From the NCBI RefSeq assembly GCF_964355755.1, contig NC_092676.1, positions 19,672,871 through 19,736,870 of the forward strand: DNA of 64,000 nucleotides, written 5' to 3'. Made by a program: the position numbers and the translations under genes. The stretch comes from Antedon mediterranea (Eukaryota > Animalia > Echinodermata). Positions 1 to 14,400 of the stretch are shown piece after piece; the first letter of the stretch is position 1; each line of letters starts with the position of its first letter. The notes under the pieces are model-generated. The model had not been told where the DNA came from. It did not search any database and saw only the letters and a list, made by a program, of their open reading frames with translations.

Positions 1-245
1 AATGTGTTCCTTTCTGATAGGGGTATGTCTCCTGCCGACAGACTATTTCTCCTTAAATTCTTTTCACAAGAAAGTGACCCAAATGAGGAGTGCTAATGTA
101 TCTCCATATAATTATATAAAAAGTGTGCTAATTTCTAATCATTTCTGTTTCATATTAACAGAGAAAATGTGTTTCATTAAAAAAAAATAAAACTCTGAAT
201 TTTGCTGCCACATTTTTACTGTACTCAACTGTCTTCCACACACAG

Positions 246-3200
246 ACTTCCCAGCTGTCAACTGGGTAATGCAACTGGATTGTCCAGAAGATGCAGACAC
301 ATACATCCATCGGGCAGGAAGAACTGCAAGATATGAGAAAAATGGCGAATCGCTGCTTGTGTTATTACCATCTGAGGAGAAAGAAATGCTTCGACAACTT
401 GTTGAGAAAAAGATTCCAATTCAAAAAATAAGGTATACCATATTTTTCCATTTTGTAAAGAGGCTTTTTAGCACATATTATTATTATACATTAGAATTTG
501 TAAATCTATTGAATGAGATAAATTTTCATGACTATTAATATCTCCAGCCATTGAACTAAAATACTAAGACATTGTCGTACATTAACCTAACAAATTCAAT
601 TTAGTTTTCTTACGGCCTAATCACAGTGAAACTATTTTCATTGTGAGACTTTGTTTTAGTACTGGTACTGGTACTGGTTCAAATAACCGTCTCACAGAGA
701 CATCTGGTAGCCATTGACTTAAAGTTGGCATTTGGATGTGTATAGTAGGGTGAGTTTAGTTCAAGTGAAACGCAATTCAACGCAGTAATAATAATGTTAT
801 AATGAAGGTATAAGGAGTATATTAAAATACTGTCATCGTGGTTTTTAATTAAAACAATAGTACATTTTACATTATAGGACAAATCCAAAAAAACAGCAGT
901 CAGTTCAGAAGTTGTTGCAGTCGTTATGTGCTGAGGACTTTGTACTAAAACAGGAGGCTCAGCGTTGCTTTATTTCTTACATTAAGTCTGTCTACCTGAT
1001 GAAAAACAAGCAGGTTTTCAACGTCCAATCACTGCCATTGGAAGCATTTTCATAGTAAGAAGTAGTAACTGTATTGTTAAAAATATATAGTAAAATTGTT
1101 GGGAGACAAACTCCAATTCACATTGTGCATGATGCTGACAACATTTGAATGCAAAGCAATCTAGTACAGGTTCTACTGTGATATGATAACCAGGCTTATA
1201 TGCCAATAAAGGTCTGAACATTTTTATGGGCCTAATTATATGTGTTTACGACCTCCTCTACATAGTGATTCTTGGGGTGAACACATTTTATTAACAGTGC
1301 TTGGGAAAAAAAGAACTATAAAATGGAAACATTTATGTTATAAATGCACCATTGTATCTAATTAAACTTTGTCAATGTATTGTACTAATTTATTTTAAGA
1401 AAGATGAAGATGACCTATGATTAGTAATACAAATTGTTCATAAATTGATTTCAGTTCTTTAGGCCTAGCTGTACAACCAAGAGTGAGGTTCCTAAAAAGG
1501 GCAGAAAAGAGGAAAAAGGAACAGCAAATGTCAAAAAGCAGTGTACCACCAACAGTATCATCAGATCCAAAGGTTCTAAGAATCCGTAAACTTCTTCTGG
1601 ATGAGGGAAGCGTCGAGACAGGTGTGCCACCGTCAAGTCAGGAGGAAGGTGATGATACTACTTTACAAGAATCAGATGACGATTATGGTGAAGAAATTCG
1701 TAAATTTAACCTAAAAGCCAGCAGAGATGCTGAAAATGAACCGACAGCTGATGATGAGAATGGTGAAGATTCAAATCAAAATGAAGAGGAAAGTGATGAG
1801 GAAAATGATGGTACCAAAGATGTACCTACAACAGAGGGGAATGAAAATGAACGTATAAGTTTTGAAGCAAAAACCTTTGAATCTAGTGATGAGGAAGATG
1901 AAGATAATTTGTTTACTGTAAAACAAAAAGACGTTTTTGGGACTAAAACTTATGAGGAGGTACAGTACAATACAAATGTTTTCTTTAATTGCTTTATAAA
2001 TTCCCATGTTTCTTTCTTACTGATTTTAAAATGGATTAACCCAAATCTGAGCAGTTTATATTTAATCTGTAATATTGTATTCTTTACATTCGAGATTGTA
2101 AAAAAAAATCTAGTGTATCCTTGCCCTTTGATTGGTTCCTATTGTATCTTGTGCGTTTCTCCTATTTTAATGATGGCCACAGTATAGTATACAGGTTTTT
2201 GCAAATTCTGACTCTAATACCCCTTTCAAATCTGCAAAAAGTTGTAACCAGGTTTGCATAGTGTGAAGACAATTTTATGGAAATTCTCTTAGAAAACTAA
2301 ACTTTCTCCCAATATTTCTTGCCGTTCGCGTATGCATGTACAGGTATTAAAACATGTAATAAATTGTGAAATAAAACCTGGTCACAACTTGTTACAAGTT
2401 GTAACAATTCATGCAGATGTATAAGTCTTCGACATTCGTTTCAAGATGGAAGAGGTGGATTAATTTCATTAAAAAAAAAGGTTTAAACAGTAGCTGTGTT
2501 GTAAAACAATTTGAAAGTTTGTAATCGCTGAATGGGGAGAATATTTTAATTTGTTAAAAGCCTAACAATTTTTTCAAAAAAATCCTACCCCATAAAAATT
2601 TATATTTGTATAATAAACACACTTTGATATTGTTTATATGTGTGACATGATTAATTTTCTTAAATGCCATTTAAAGATACCTAAGTGACAAATTGTGTTT
2701 CAAAGTATAGATAAATTATTGAATAAATCATCAACATGATGCATGTCCAATAAAAAAATATACTAAGTATAAGAAATTGCTTCTGAAAACCATTCACAAC
2801 AGCAGTATGTTTTGTTAACTCATCAAGTATATTACACATGACATATGATATTCACCAGAGTCGAGGCTATTCATATTTCTCTATGGAATCGATCAAATGA
2901 GAACAGCGTCCTTCATCATCCCATAACTATAAGTTGAAATTGTCGTTAATAATTTATTCACGATGTTGCCCATCGGACCTTTGATAAACCTTGTACGCTA
3001 TGATGTGTACGCTATGATGTTTACGATAACGTGAATATTTGTAAATTTAGGTTAAGATGACAAAAAGATACCGTAAAACCTTGAAAAGAAGCCCATGGGC
3101 TTCTTTTTTTAGGACTCCTGCAAAGAGAGGGATTCTATTCGATATGGATTCTGGGCTGGTATTATTAAAAAATGTGGATTTCTTTTTTATAGTGTTTCCT

Positions 3201-6200
3201 TAGGATCAGTGTTTCAGTAGGTTTTATCACTACATCCTCCTTTAATCCTTCATTAATCCTTCTTTTGGTGAATACTAAAAGAAGAAGTTTAAATTCATAG
3301 AAGTTGATTGTTGTTTGACATGTGTAAGAAGTTTCTATATACCAGGTATTAAAGACTTAAAAACAAATAATATAAGATGAAAACCTTTTGTCAACATAGT
3401 TTTACTCAATTATAATTGCTCTTTTCTTTATAGACTGACTCTGAGGTGGAGGAGATGATGAAGAAGAAATCAAAAACTTTAACAAAAGCAGCAATGGTGA
3501 AAAAGATCCGTAAGAAGAAGCTTGTTGTTAACACCAAAGTCATTTTTGATGATGAAGGAGAGGTAACATATACTTTTAACTATATCGCGCTATATTATAT
3601 CTCCCGCTTAAGATGCTATACAAACAAAACTTCCAATAGTGTATAAATTTACCTTTAGGTAAGAAAAATGCATTGCCTATACATTTTCCACAATGTACTT
3701 TTTGTTATTCAGTATATTACACAGAGGCGGCTTACAAGACGGAACCACCTTAGCTTCAAGGCGCCTCAGATAACAAATACAACATTTAAAAAAAAATCAA
3801 ATCTTCCAGAATTAACAAGAAATTGTTGTACATAATAAAACAATAAAGCATTTTCACAAGTACTTAAGTATTTCCATGCTTGCAAAATGCCTTAGTTACA
3901 TACCCATGGTGTACTATAAGTGTTAGTACCTTATTTTCATTTCATTTTTCCAAGTTGAAATGTCTCCATTAAACTCTGGTGAAAAAAACATGATGTTGGG
4001 ATAATATAAGCGTCTTGTAAGACGAGACTTGGTTGTTTTGAAATTACCAATGTTCTTCAACTTTTTAAAAATATATTTTAAAATATTTGAGATTACATAA
4101 TAATCTCTAATCAATTTCTGGTATCTTTTCTTGCCAAGTAAAATAAACATGTCAACAATTTGACACATTTAGTCATATGAAAAGTAAACAGAATTATCAT
4201 ACGTGTGCTAATAACGTTACATTTTACTCATCGTTTGAAGTATTGACTTTGACTGTAGAAAATAACTCATCACAGTTCCTAAAATTATTTGATAGTTGTA
4301 TGTGACAACCTCATTTAGATGAGTATAAAGATATCTTGTAATACTTCCCGGTAATGATAAAAAATACGTCGGTTACGATCTATCAATCGAATGATTAATA
4401 CTAAGTAACTGATTGAGTGACTAACATGATAGATCAAGACCTAGCTTTAAATCCTTTTCCATTCCATCAAGATTTTCCCACGACCTTGTCTTTTTTATTT
4501 TCTATCTTTGACTTGAAATATCAAATTAATTGGATTTTCCTAGAAACACTACTCCATCTGTTTAAAAATTGTCTATTGTGGTTTTATTTTTTGTTGACAT
4601 AATAATCTTTATTCGATGTGATGTTCATTGAAGTACTGTATAAGTAATGACGTCCATCAAAATTACAAGATTAAATATATATCCCTTTGAGAAAACAATT
4701 TCTTTTTGTTGAATAGACCATTTTAATATCACATTAAATAGTTAAAAGCCCATTTGTCTGGAACAAACATATTTCTGGTTAAAAAACCATATACACTACC
4801 TATAATATAGTAACAAACTGTTGATATGTTAGTATAAATATACAGCTATTTATAGTAACAAACTTTTGATAATGTTACTATAAATATACAGCTACTTATA
4901 GTAACATATCAACCAGGCCTTGTTTTTTAAGGCAATCAAGTACGATCTAACACACATCTAAACTGCCCTTGAGGAGTGCGATTTACAAAACGCTTAAATT
5001 TGCTAAACACCAAAATACAAACAGCACACCTACAGTATCCCTGAATATATTGAGGAGTGCAATTTGTAGCACACCTATAATTTTCAAAAGACAAGGCCTG
5101 ATATCTGCTGATATGTTACTATAAATAGCTGCATATGGAAAGAAAAGTACACCATTTTTAAAAGAAAATTCTAAATTATTATAACTGACCGTCTATAGTT
5201 TTACTGGAATGTCATCACTCTTATCCTAACCACATTACCATAAATGTTATCAAAACTTTCAGCAACTGCATACATTTTCCTGCATATTCAATTTCCAGAT
5301 TTACCACTAATAGTCACATTTACGCCAAACCTAGCAAACTTACTGAATTTGTTAAATCAGGAAACTTTGATAAATAATGAAATAATAATTTTTAAAAATT
5401 CAACCAATTTAAGACAATTGATGAATTGAATACTGAAATGACTTGATTTGATGATAACTATATTTAAATTAAATTGATATGAAATCACACTTGTTCAGCT
5501 ACTATTTCAACGATGGCGGAAGTATGATCGACATTTGATTCCCAAAGGAGATCTTGATGTTATCTGCTTGATTCAGATACCAAGGTTGTTGAATCCTTTA
5601 TATTTAATCCAATATTGTGAATGTAATAAACTTGTTAAAAGCTTTTCCATCACTGTTGGCACTGATTGACGTAATGTCTTCCTGTTTCAGGGTGGTTTTT
5701 CTTTTTGTACTTTTTATTATTATTTAGCTGGTAATATGTTTGCTGTCTTTTATTTTACATTATTCAACGTTTAAGTAAGACTTCAACCATATGTATAATT
5801 ATATGTATGGTAGAAGATACAGTGACACACCTTTTTGACTAGATCAACAACTCGATCCCCTGAACAGCTGGATAGGGATTCGCAATTGGTTAAAACATAC
5901 TATATCTGTCCACGTTAAAGATTTTTTTTTGCTTTGAAACTATGAGCTCTCTCTGTTATTCTGTTATACAAATGAATGCATTTTATTTGAAAAGCCCAAC
6001 ACTGTATTTTCCCCTTGGTTAAAAAAAAGAGCAAATCCCACTACAACTACTTTTCCACTTTCTCACAATCGCACATTCCCTTTTGAAATATAGGTAGTAG
6101 GACAACTTTACATTGTATAGAATGTCTGTATAGGATAATCAAATTTTGTTGTCATCTTGTCTCTAATGTAGGTGGCAGAACAATGGCCTAAACCACAGGT

Positions 6201-9200
6201 AGCTAAAGAAGGTAAAGATGATGAAGAAGAAGATGAGGGAGGCATCAACATTCAAAAGGCAAAAAGTTTTCTTCAAGAAGAGGATAAGCATGACAAAGAG
6301 CTGTTCAAACAACGAGTGCGAGAGAAACACAAGGTTTGTATTGATCCGTAATTAATAACATCAATAAGAGCCTCTTTAAAGCTCTGTCAAACTTTATGTG
6401 ACAAAAAAATGTGATGTGTTCATATATGGACATGATGATGTCATATCACTACCATATTTGGGCACATCACTACCATATATGGGCACATCTTACTAGACTA
6501 GTTTGATAGTGTAGACAGAGCTTACGACCAAACAAAGGAGGAGTTTTATGTAGTTACATAATGGGTAGTGTAGACAGAGCTTACCAAACAAAGGAGGAGT
6601 TTTATGTAGTTACATAATGAGTAGTGTAGACAGAGCTTACCAAACAAAGGAGGAGTTTTATGTAGTTACATAATGGGTAGTGTAGACAGAGCTTACCAAA
6701 CAAAGGAGGAGTTTTATGTAGTTACATAATGGGTAGTGTAGACAGAGCTTACCAAACAAAGGAGGAGTTTTATGTAGTTACATAATGGGTAGTGTAGACA
6801 GAGCTTACCAAACAAAGGAGAAGTTTTATGTAGTTACATAATGAGTAGTGTAGACAGAGCTTACCAAACAAAGGAGGAGTTTTATGTAGTTACATAATGA
6901 GTAGTGTAGACAGAGCTTACCAAACAAAGGAGGAGTTTTATGTAGTTACATAATGGGTACTGCAAAAAAAAGAAATATAAAAGCGTATTTCAAAACATGA
7001 TTTTGCCCTTCCGGTTAATACAGTTGCTGTTCATGGAATAATAACATCGTGTACTGTAATAGTACAGTTCCATGGTCACACACTAATGTTAAACTGTTCC
7101 ATATGGCTCCAATTTTCCAAGGTTCTCCCCTCATCATCTGTATGTCACTTCTCATCAATTCGTTAGCGCGTCATGAGTACTCGTTACTATATCATGACAT
7201 TTTGCACCATGGCATTAAGTTTCCTTGATCTTACTTTTCTGTCCCTGACCAAAAATTAAAATCTCGGTTTATGCCATCTAAGTGTTTTGGCTTTTAATGT
7301 TTCTTGAATTATTGAAAGTAATCATGAGTAATTTAGTCGCCATATTGGCATAATGTTGAAGGCCTTGGGTGTATCTACGCTAAAGGTCAAAGGTTATCTG
7401 ATTCAATTGAATTGGTTTGGCTCCATAAATGGGATACTTTTTAAAAAAAGTGAGGCAAATCCAGAAAAATTAAACAGGGGAACATCTAACATGATGCTAT
7501 TATTATTATTAATTATTATGACAAATCACTTATTTATTTAAACCATAGACAAATAAGTTATTCTTCATGTTTAAACACACAAAAAACAATGTAAATAATT
7601 GTTTTAAACTGAGTAAGGAACCGTTTTCCCACATGGTGCTATGCCTAGCATTCTAGTAGCTGTGTTAATGCAGTTTCACTCATGTTAAAGCCAATTTACA
7701 CAGACGATCGGGTTTATGAATCGTCTGTCTATAGAAATATACAAAGGTGAAATATGTGATTGTCTATAATGTAACACCACTGTCAATCTTGTTGCAGGCA
7801 AAACGACTGAAAGAAAAAGAGGACAGAAGAAAGTCTAGAAAAAGGAAGGAGGACAGACATTCTGGTGATGATAGTGACGATGGAGAAGGAGGCGGAGTCA
7901 TGTTGGATGTGCAGTCAGAAGATACATTTGATGTCGATCTACTACCAGACCCAGATAAACAGAAGTCATCAGAAGATGAGGAATTAGAGGAGGATGAAAA
8001 GAAAGTATCAAAAAGGAAAAAGAAAGACAAATCAGATAGGTACATACAATATAAGTTATGATTGACAACTATCCAACACTTAATGCATATTTTTGGACTG
8101 TGGGTTGGTAAATACATAATTAAACGATAGAGAAAGATTATGTAATTCTATAGACTATTCAATAATATTTTGGCTCGTACAGTGGTGATATATTTTGTTT
8201 AACTTAGAGAAATCTTCAGCCTAAATGTATTAATATTTTTTATGGTGATTGGTTAATGGTTAGACCATCTATACATCACAGCCAATCACCAGTTCTAAAC
8301 AATGTTTATTTTTGGAATATTATTCATGAGCAGTAAGATACACGGTACCTTTGATCTAAAGTTGTTGCAAGTCCTTCTGTTTCGTTTTTTGCACTTAAAC
8401 TAATGCAAGTGCTACAGATACATACTGTAAAAACAACAAATACAGAGAATTTGATTAAAAAGATATTTATACAAATAAACGCCCAGCTTCGAATAAATGC
8501 CTCCCCTGAATAAACACCTCCCATAGAACAACCCTTTTCAATAAACGCCACCCCCTCCCTCTTTTCGAATAAACGCCACATAAACTTTATTTATTTTCTC
8601 GAATAAAATCCCCGTCACATGCATACAGTATATACACAATATTGTATTACAAAACATTTCTATTTGTAGAAATCATTGATCAGTTTTATGTATTTTATCA
8701 CTTCTCGGTATTGTGTTGTATCTTGTCATATCTAAGAAGTATTTAATTGATTATACATTCTAACATGTTACCATATTACACCTAAAATAAACGCCTCCCC
8801 CAAGTAAATGCCTCCCTCGAATAAACGCCTTCCCCTAAAAGCCATCCTGAACAATAAACACCCTGGGGCGAGGGCATATATTCAAATAAATACAGTATAT
8901 ATGAACAAAATTGATCATTATTCTACCCCATCCCAGCATCTAAATTTAACATCCTAACATGTTACCATATTACACCAAAAAAAAAATAAACGCCTCAACC
9001 TAATAAATGCCTCCCTTGAATAAATGGTCCCCCTAAAAGCCCTCCTGAACAATAAACTGGGGCGTGGGCGTATATTCAAATAAATACGGTATATTAACAA
9101 AATTTTAATTTTTTTTATATTGCAGCATCTAAATTTAAAATCCTGCTGTTATAATAATAATAATAAATACTTTATTTTAACACGGAAAAGCTTGTGTCAC

Positions 9201-9771
9201 CATAAAGGTGTTCTTCTACAAGGCCGTGATCAACTAACAGTAGTACATTACACATTTAAAAATAACAAATTTTAAAAATAACAAATTTTAAAAATAACAA
9301 ATTTTAAAAATAACAAATTAGAGAACAAAAATATATGAACAGAAACCTTAATTACATTTGTGATAAGAGTACAAAATAAATAATAAATCACACCAATAAT
9401 TTTTTGAAAGTATTCAAATTTGTGGCATTTTGCATTGGTTTTTTTAGAGTATTCCATAAACTAGCACCATGATATGAAAAACTTTTTTTTTTATATTCTG
9501 TTGTGTTTTTGACTGACATTTGTCAATGTTAATGATGCACAGTCTGATTGACGATTGATTGACATCCATCTGTCATTTTTAAAATGTCAAGTTCAATTGA
9601 ATTTGCTCTCATCAACCTAATTTTTATTTCCTTCATTGCAGTGTACGGAAAAGAAAACAATCCAAAACAAACTCAATGCCATCCGGCGGCGATTTTGATA
9701 CGGGGATGACTCTAGCCGAGGATGAGGAATTGGCGTTACACATATTATCAAGCAACATGATATCAATATGA
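246..9771 (+). CDS. DDX10: DEAD-box RNA helicase DDX10/Dbp4, 3' part (5' exons lie outside the window)
   Basis: GT-AG exons 246-432, 878-1054, 1455-1959, 3434-3562, 6172-6333, 7798-8039, 9642-9771 join in frame. They give [29 protein letters not shown] (motif VI), [31 protein letters not shown], and C-terminal [17 protein letters not shown], all matching DDX10. Confidence 0.95.
4914..5100. mobile_element. Short MITE
   Basis: Terminal inverted repeats caggccttgttttt ... aaaagacaaggcctg; interrupts a short local repeat. Confidence 0.5.
6379..6523. mobile_element. Harbinger-like MITE family A (copy 1 of about 5)
   Basis: Ends aagctctgtc... / agtttgatagtgtagacagagctt; core atatggacatgatgatgtcatatcactaccatatttgggcac recurs at ~14644-14753, 17042-17204, 19266-19406, 47554-47703. 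Confidence 0.75.
6506..6957 (+). repeat. Tandem repeat, 56-bp unit x ~8
   Basis: Unit gtagtgtagacagagcttaccaaacaaaggaggagttttatgtagttacataatg(g/a); starts at 6565, 6621, 6677, 6733, 6789, 6845, 6901 plus a first, slightly longer copy. Confidence 0.95.
8460..9145. repeat. Tc2/pogo-like MITE remnants with ataaacgcc repeats and a local ~190-bp duplication
   Basis: Repeated (a)ataaacgcc motifs; ends aaataaatacagta / aaataaatacggta; ~8755-8960 is repeated at ~8950-9145. Confidence 0.5.
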
Positions 9772-10004
9772 TTATTGATAGATTATTATACTGTAGTAGT
9801 AATCGTATCCTGATGTATGACAACTGAGATTTTCAGAAGCCATTTTTTATTACTCATTGCATTTAATTGTCAATAATTTTTCTTTTAAATTCATGGAAAA
9901 CTTTTAATTTAGGCTTTCTTTAAAAATCTTGGAACAATAAATCTGATTTCTGGATAATTTCATAAATTTTGTATGGATATATTAAATAATAAGTTTCTTG
10001 TTTA

Positions 10005-10142
10005 CTTTAAAGAACCTAGTACTTCTTTTGAAACGAGTAGAGGTTTACCCAGTGTACCCCTAGTACACACACAGCTACTGATCATAACTGGGCCCTCTGG
10101 GAGACCAGTCTTTGATTGAAGAGGTTACCCGTATAAATAAAT
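10005..10142 (+). mobile_element. 5'-truncated SINE 3' portion (same family as the copy at 57.5 kb)
   Basis: aagaacctagtac...cgagtag...cagtgtac...acacagctactg resembles the reverse complement of 57490-57580; ends in taaataaat. Confidence 0.5.
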
Positions 10143-10901
10143 AACAAATGGCATGTGATAGTTGCATAGACTACAGTCTATAGACTACAGCCCTTAACGG
10201 CAACTACAATATTCAGTGTAAACTTGTTGCACATCTCATTGGGACTGTGCCTCTGATTTAAAAGAGATACAATAAAAGTTCAGTTCAGTTCACCATACTG
10301 GGAGAGATGAGTGTTTTTAGGTTTACATGTATCATATATATATGATCTTTTTCCTTCTGGATGTCAGGGTATTTTACTGTATGTGTACAAAATTTGAATG
10401 ATTTAATTTGTATAATGTACTGTGGTTTACTGTCTATAAAAAAAATCATGGTACGAAAAGTAAAAGCACAAGAAAATAATGTTTGTATCTTTCACACAAA
10501 ACAAGGGCAGATCCAGGATTTATCAAACAGTGGAATGTTACATATAATATTGTTTTACAAAATTATTTTAAAATTAGTTCATAATTTCATTTGAGTGTCT
10601 CTACAAAGAATTATTATTCGTACTACAGGTATAATAAATCTGCAAAATCTCAACTACAATTTAATTAAAATGAATTTTATGCAATAGAATATTTATGATA
10701 GTAACATAGATAACGATCTTTTCTCTGATCATTCTATGCCATTAAAAGACATTACTATTGCACATGACATCATGTTTAATGATGTTATTTGGGTTTTGAA
10801 ATAAAAACTTTCTGTAGTGATCTGACATCCATGACAGAAATGGAGTTATTTTCTTGAGCTTCCAGGTCTGTCTAATACTTGTTTACTGAGTAAAAAGCTC
10901 A

Positions 10902-11077
10902 ATAAGGTTTATCGCAAATACCTTGATTTCGCGAGAAACGTCATTCCACAATGGATAATGGGAAGGGTTTGGGAGCAATAGCGCCACCGTATAATACAAA
11001 CTTTATATACTGGTGGTGGTATTGTTCCCAAACCCTTCCTATTATGCATCGCTCACGCAATTTGCGATAAACCTTAT
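10902..11077. mobile_element. Hairpin MITE upstream of the CaRF-oxidoreductase gene
   Basis: 18-bp TIR ataaggtttatcgcaaat / atttgcgataaaccttat plus internal inverted arm gggaagggtttgggagcaata / tattgttcccaaacccttcc. Confidence 0.8.
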
Positions 11078-11419
11078 GTACATACTGTTATTAAATATAA
11101 TAAACAACATCCAAAATTAATTGTATGAATGGCTATGTTTAAAATATTCTGTTATAGACATGGTTATGGTGCATACCAATCGCATCATTATTTTAAACAT
11201 AATTATTATTGATTATGAATACTTTTATGAGAAATTTTTTTTTTTTTCAATATTAAAGAGCGTAAATATATGATTATGTTGTGTGTTTTATTGGTTTTTT
11301 TTAATATAAATGCGACGTTTAAACGCTAAATGAGTATACCATCAGAAAACAAAAACAAATTCATACCGTCACCAATATTGGGCTGAAAATGTTTTTTACT
11401 TGGCAACCTTGTCTTCAAG

Positions 11420-14400
11420 ATGGATCCAATCTTGAATCCTGATGACAAAATTGCTCGTGAAAAAGACGGTTCTTGCTGGACGAGTCTATTTGCTGGGACA
11501 ATTTTACCTAATTATGGTTACGTAAACAGCATCGAGGATTGTAAAAAACTCACTGAATTTTACGCCGAAGTAACATCGTCAAAATATGTCGTTACCAAAG
11601 TTAATAAAGCTTTCGGAGAAACCGGTAGGCTTTTCATCTTCATGTTTAGGTAGTCTACCTGAACTACCGCACCACCACCAATGTGCCCATCATTGCGAGG
11701 CGATGTGTAGGATGGAATCGAGATTCATAGGCCTAGCCTAGGCTTACACTACTTCTGCCATTATACTTACTTGTGTGGTATTTGTAAGAGTATATCAACA
11801 CATTGGATGGCTTTCATTTATTTTATTTAAACTAGAGGGGCCTATATGTACTAGGCCCTAGTATAATTTTCCTTTTAATTGATTTTTTTTTTTAAATCGT
11901 ACTTTCTGGCAATTTCATTGTTTTGTATTGTAGAGTGTCACATGTGTGATGCAAAATTCAAATTTCATTTTTATTCAAATAATTTTCTTTAAAAAGTAGC
12001 CTTGTTTTAAACTAAAATTTGTGTGATGCCAATACAATTTATATCGAGAAGTAGTAGAAGGGAAATGAGGCAATCTCTATACTACTAATTACTGTTGTCA
12101 CTAAACTCTTTTGGATTGTACAATGTGCTTTTAATGTGACTGTATAAGTACAAAAATAAATTCTTTTCAGATTTCAAAAGAGAACCACATCGTCTTACAT
12201 GGGAATTTAAATCATGCGATAGCCAGGGAATGGATATTCCTTTTGATGGAGTACCGTTTATGATCGTAAGCAAGAAGATTATGAGTTGCCAGTATGGATC
12301 GGACAAGTGCATCGCACAGAAACGTCGTTACAGACAAAAGATGGAAGTAAGTTTTGTATTAACTGTAGCAGTTAGTCGGTACAAACAGTCGTGACCAGCT
12401 GAGCGTAAAAAAAAATAACAGCGTTTTCAGGGGATTTCACCTTTTCAGGACACCATGTTAATTAAAAAATCGTAATTCCTTTACGGATAGTTGTTTGAGA
12501 AAATAAATTACTGTGAAATGTTCTTGAAAGATTGGCCTACATCACTGTATGATTGAAAAAAATTAGAAACATTTTTTTCAGTGCTTAAAATTTACATAGT
12601 GCTACATTACAAATATTCATATTTTTTATTGTAAATAAGTTGTGGTAAAAACAAATCGTTTTCATAAACAATAATATACAATTTAAAGGAACAAAGTAAA
12701 ATTCAATCACATTTTTATAATAGGAGCCTGGAGTTACAAAGAAGCGAAGAAACGTTGTGTTCTGCAAAAAGCGAGACTGTCCTGTTCAGATTCGATTTAG
12801 AGAAGTCATCAAGTTTCCAGACTATAAAGTAAAGTGTTCAATTTCGGTCAATTTTTTTTAAAGAAAAAAAAATGCTATGAGTTCGACTTTCATCGTCTTT
12901 TCTGTGAGAGTGTAATATATTAGCAGTATTCTCGGGACAACATCCCTTTGTTGGGTACTGAAGGTCCTCTTAAAAAAATGGTTTTACTATATAAAAAATT
13001 TGGATACGTGTACATTTTCTGCAAACATGTAGTTTTGTTAGTTAAATCTACAGCTATTACGTCCCTATCCTTCCCAAATTATTGTAAAATTTGATTTTAA
13101 CCAAGCAAATGGAAATAAAAATTACATTTAAGGGTTGATAAATTTAGCAATTAATAAATTTGTAAATTCTGAAATCGAATCAAATTGCCAAATTCATGAT
13201 ATCGTATTTCTTAAAAAGTGGCACTGGCGTTTAAATTAATTTGTTATCCTTGGAAAAATTGCAGCAACTGTTCTTATAATAAGCATGTTTTATATATATG
13301 TGGAGCCTGTTATGTAGGCCTACTGTAAAACAAGGTTAAACATGGTATATATTCCAAAAAAATACCTCCTATTTAGGAGGATACTTTGGAACCCAAAAAG
13401 GGATGTCTCCTGATTATTGGTTGGTTCTAGTGTTAAAATATATATTGTCCCTTGTTTGTTTGACAGGTAAGTGTCCCCTTCATAATGGTGTCCCTTGAAT
13501 TGGTGGTCCTAATGTAAATTAACCAAATATGGTACTAGTGCATTCTTACACTGAATCAATTTTCAGGCTGCCATTTAAAATTTCAAGAAATTAGAGTTAA
13601 TCTATTCACACGGTTAATAACCGGTTATTTTTTGCCAGAAACATGACCTTTGAAACATGACCTTTGACTGCCACTTGTAGGAACAGAAATGAAAAAAAAT
13701 ATTGTTTTGTTATTTTATAAATAATGCTACAGTATATGATTGCAAAAAAGCATCCATAATTTTTTTTTAACTGAATAATGTTTTATCAGAAATTCATATG
13801 AAAAAGTAGTTCCTAATTTCAAGGGTTGTCGAAGGGTAGGAGTGTCCCCCACCCTCTTGGATCTGCCCTTGATATACACAATGAATTTGTGTTTCAACAT
13901 GCCCTTTGACCCATTGAATAGATTACTAGTTGAAGAAGTGAGTGATTTTGTATGCATATTAGAGAATGCATTTTCAATGGGATGTATAAAATTAAATTAT
14001 GTCGTTTTTATTTTTTTAAATTATTGGTTTCTTTTTTATAAAAGGAGAAATCCTTAACCCAAATTAGTCATCGCATAGGGATATGAAATGACCTTGTTAA
14101 TTGTCCACCCAGTAATATTATATCGAATTATTAATTATTAAAATGAGATTTATTATTCAATCTGTCACTTTGATAATTATTAAGGTGCATCTGTCAAATT
14201 TAGTGGGTTTTTTTTTTTTTTAAAAAATGTAATTTTAATTTTTTTCAGTAGTTTAGCTAAGCATTATAAAAATGTTGTGTGCTGTATCAGTCCATATTTT
14301 ACTATTGTGCCAATTTATTTTGGGACGATGTTTTTACTGGCTTTACTAAATCACTCAGTAGTCATCTTAAACAGTATAATTATATTACTGTACAAGAAGT

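Noticed and set aside
3650-5700. Possible ancient LINE remnants in a DDX10 intron
   Set aside because: Only faint motif hints on the minus strand; too degraded to support a call without a search.
6506-6957. CRISPR-like regular repeat
   Set aside because: Units are identical end to end with no unique spacers, lie in a eukaryotic intron, and no cas genes are present.
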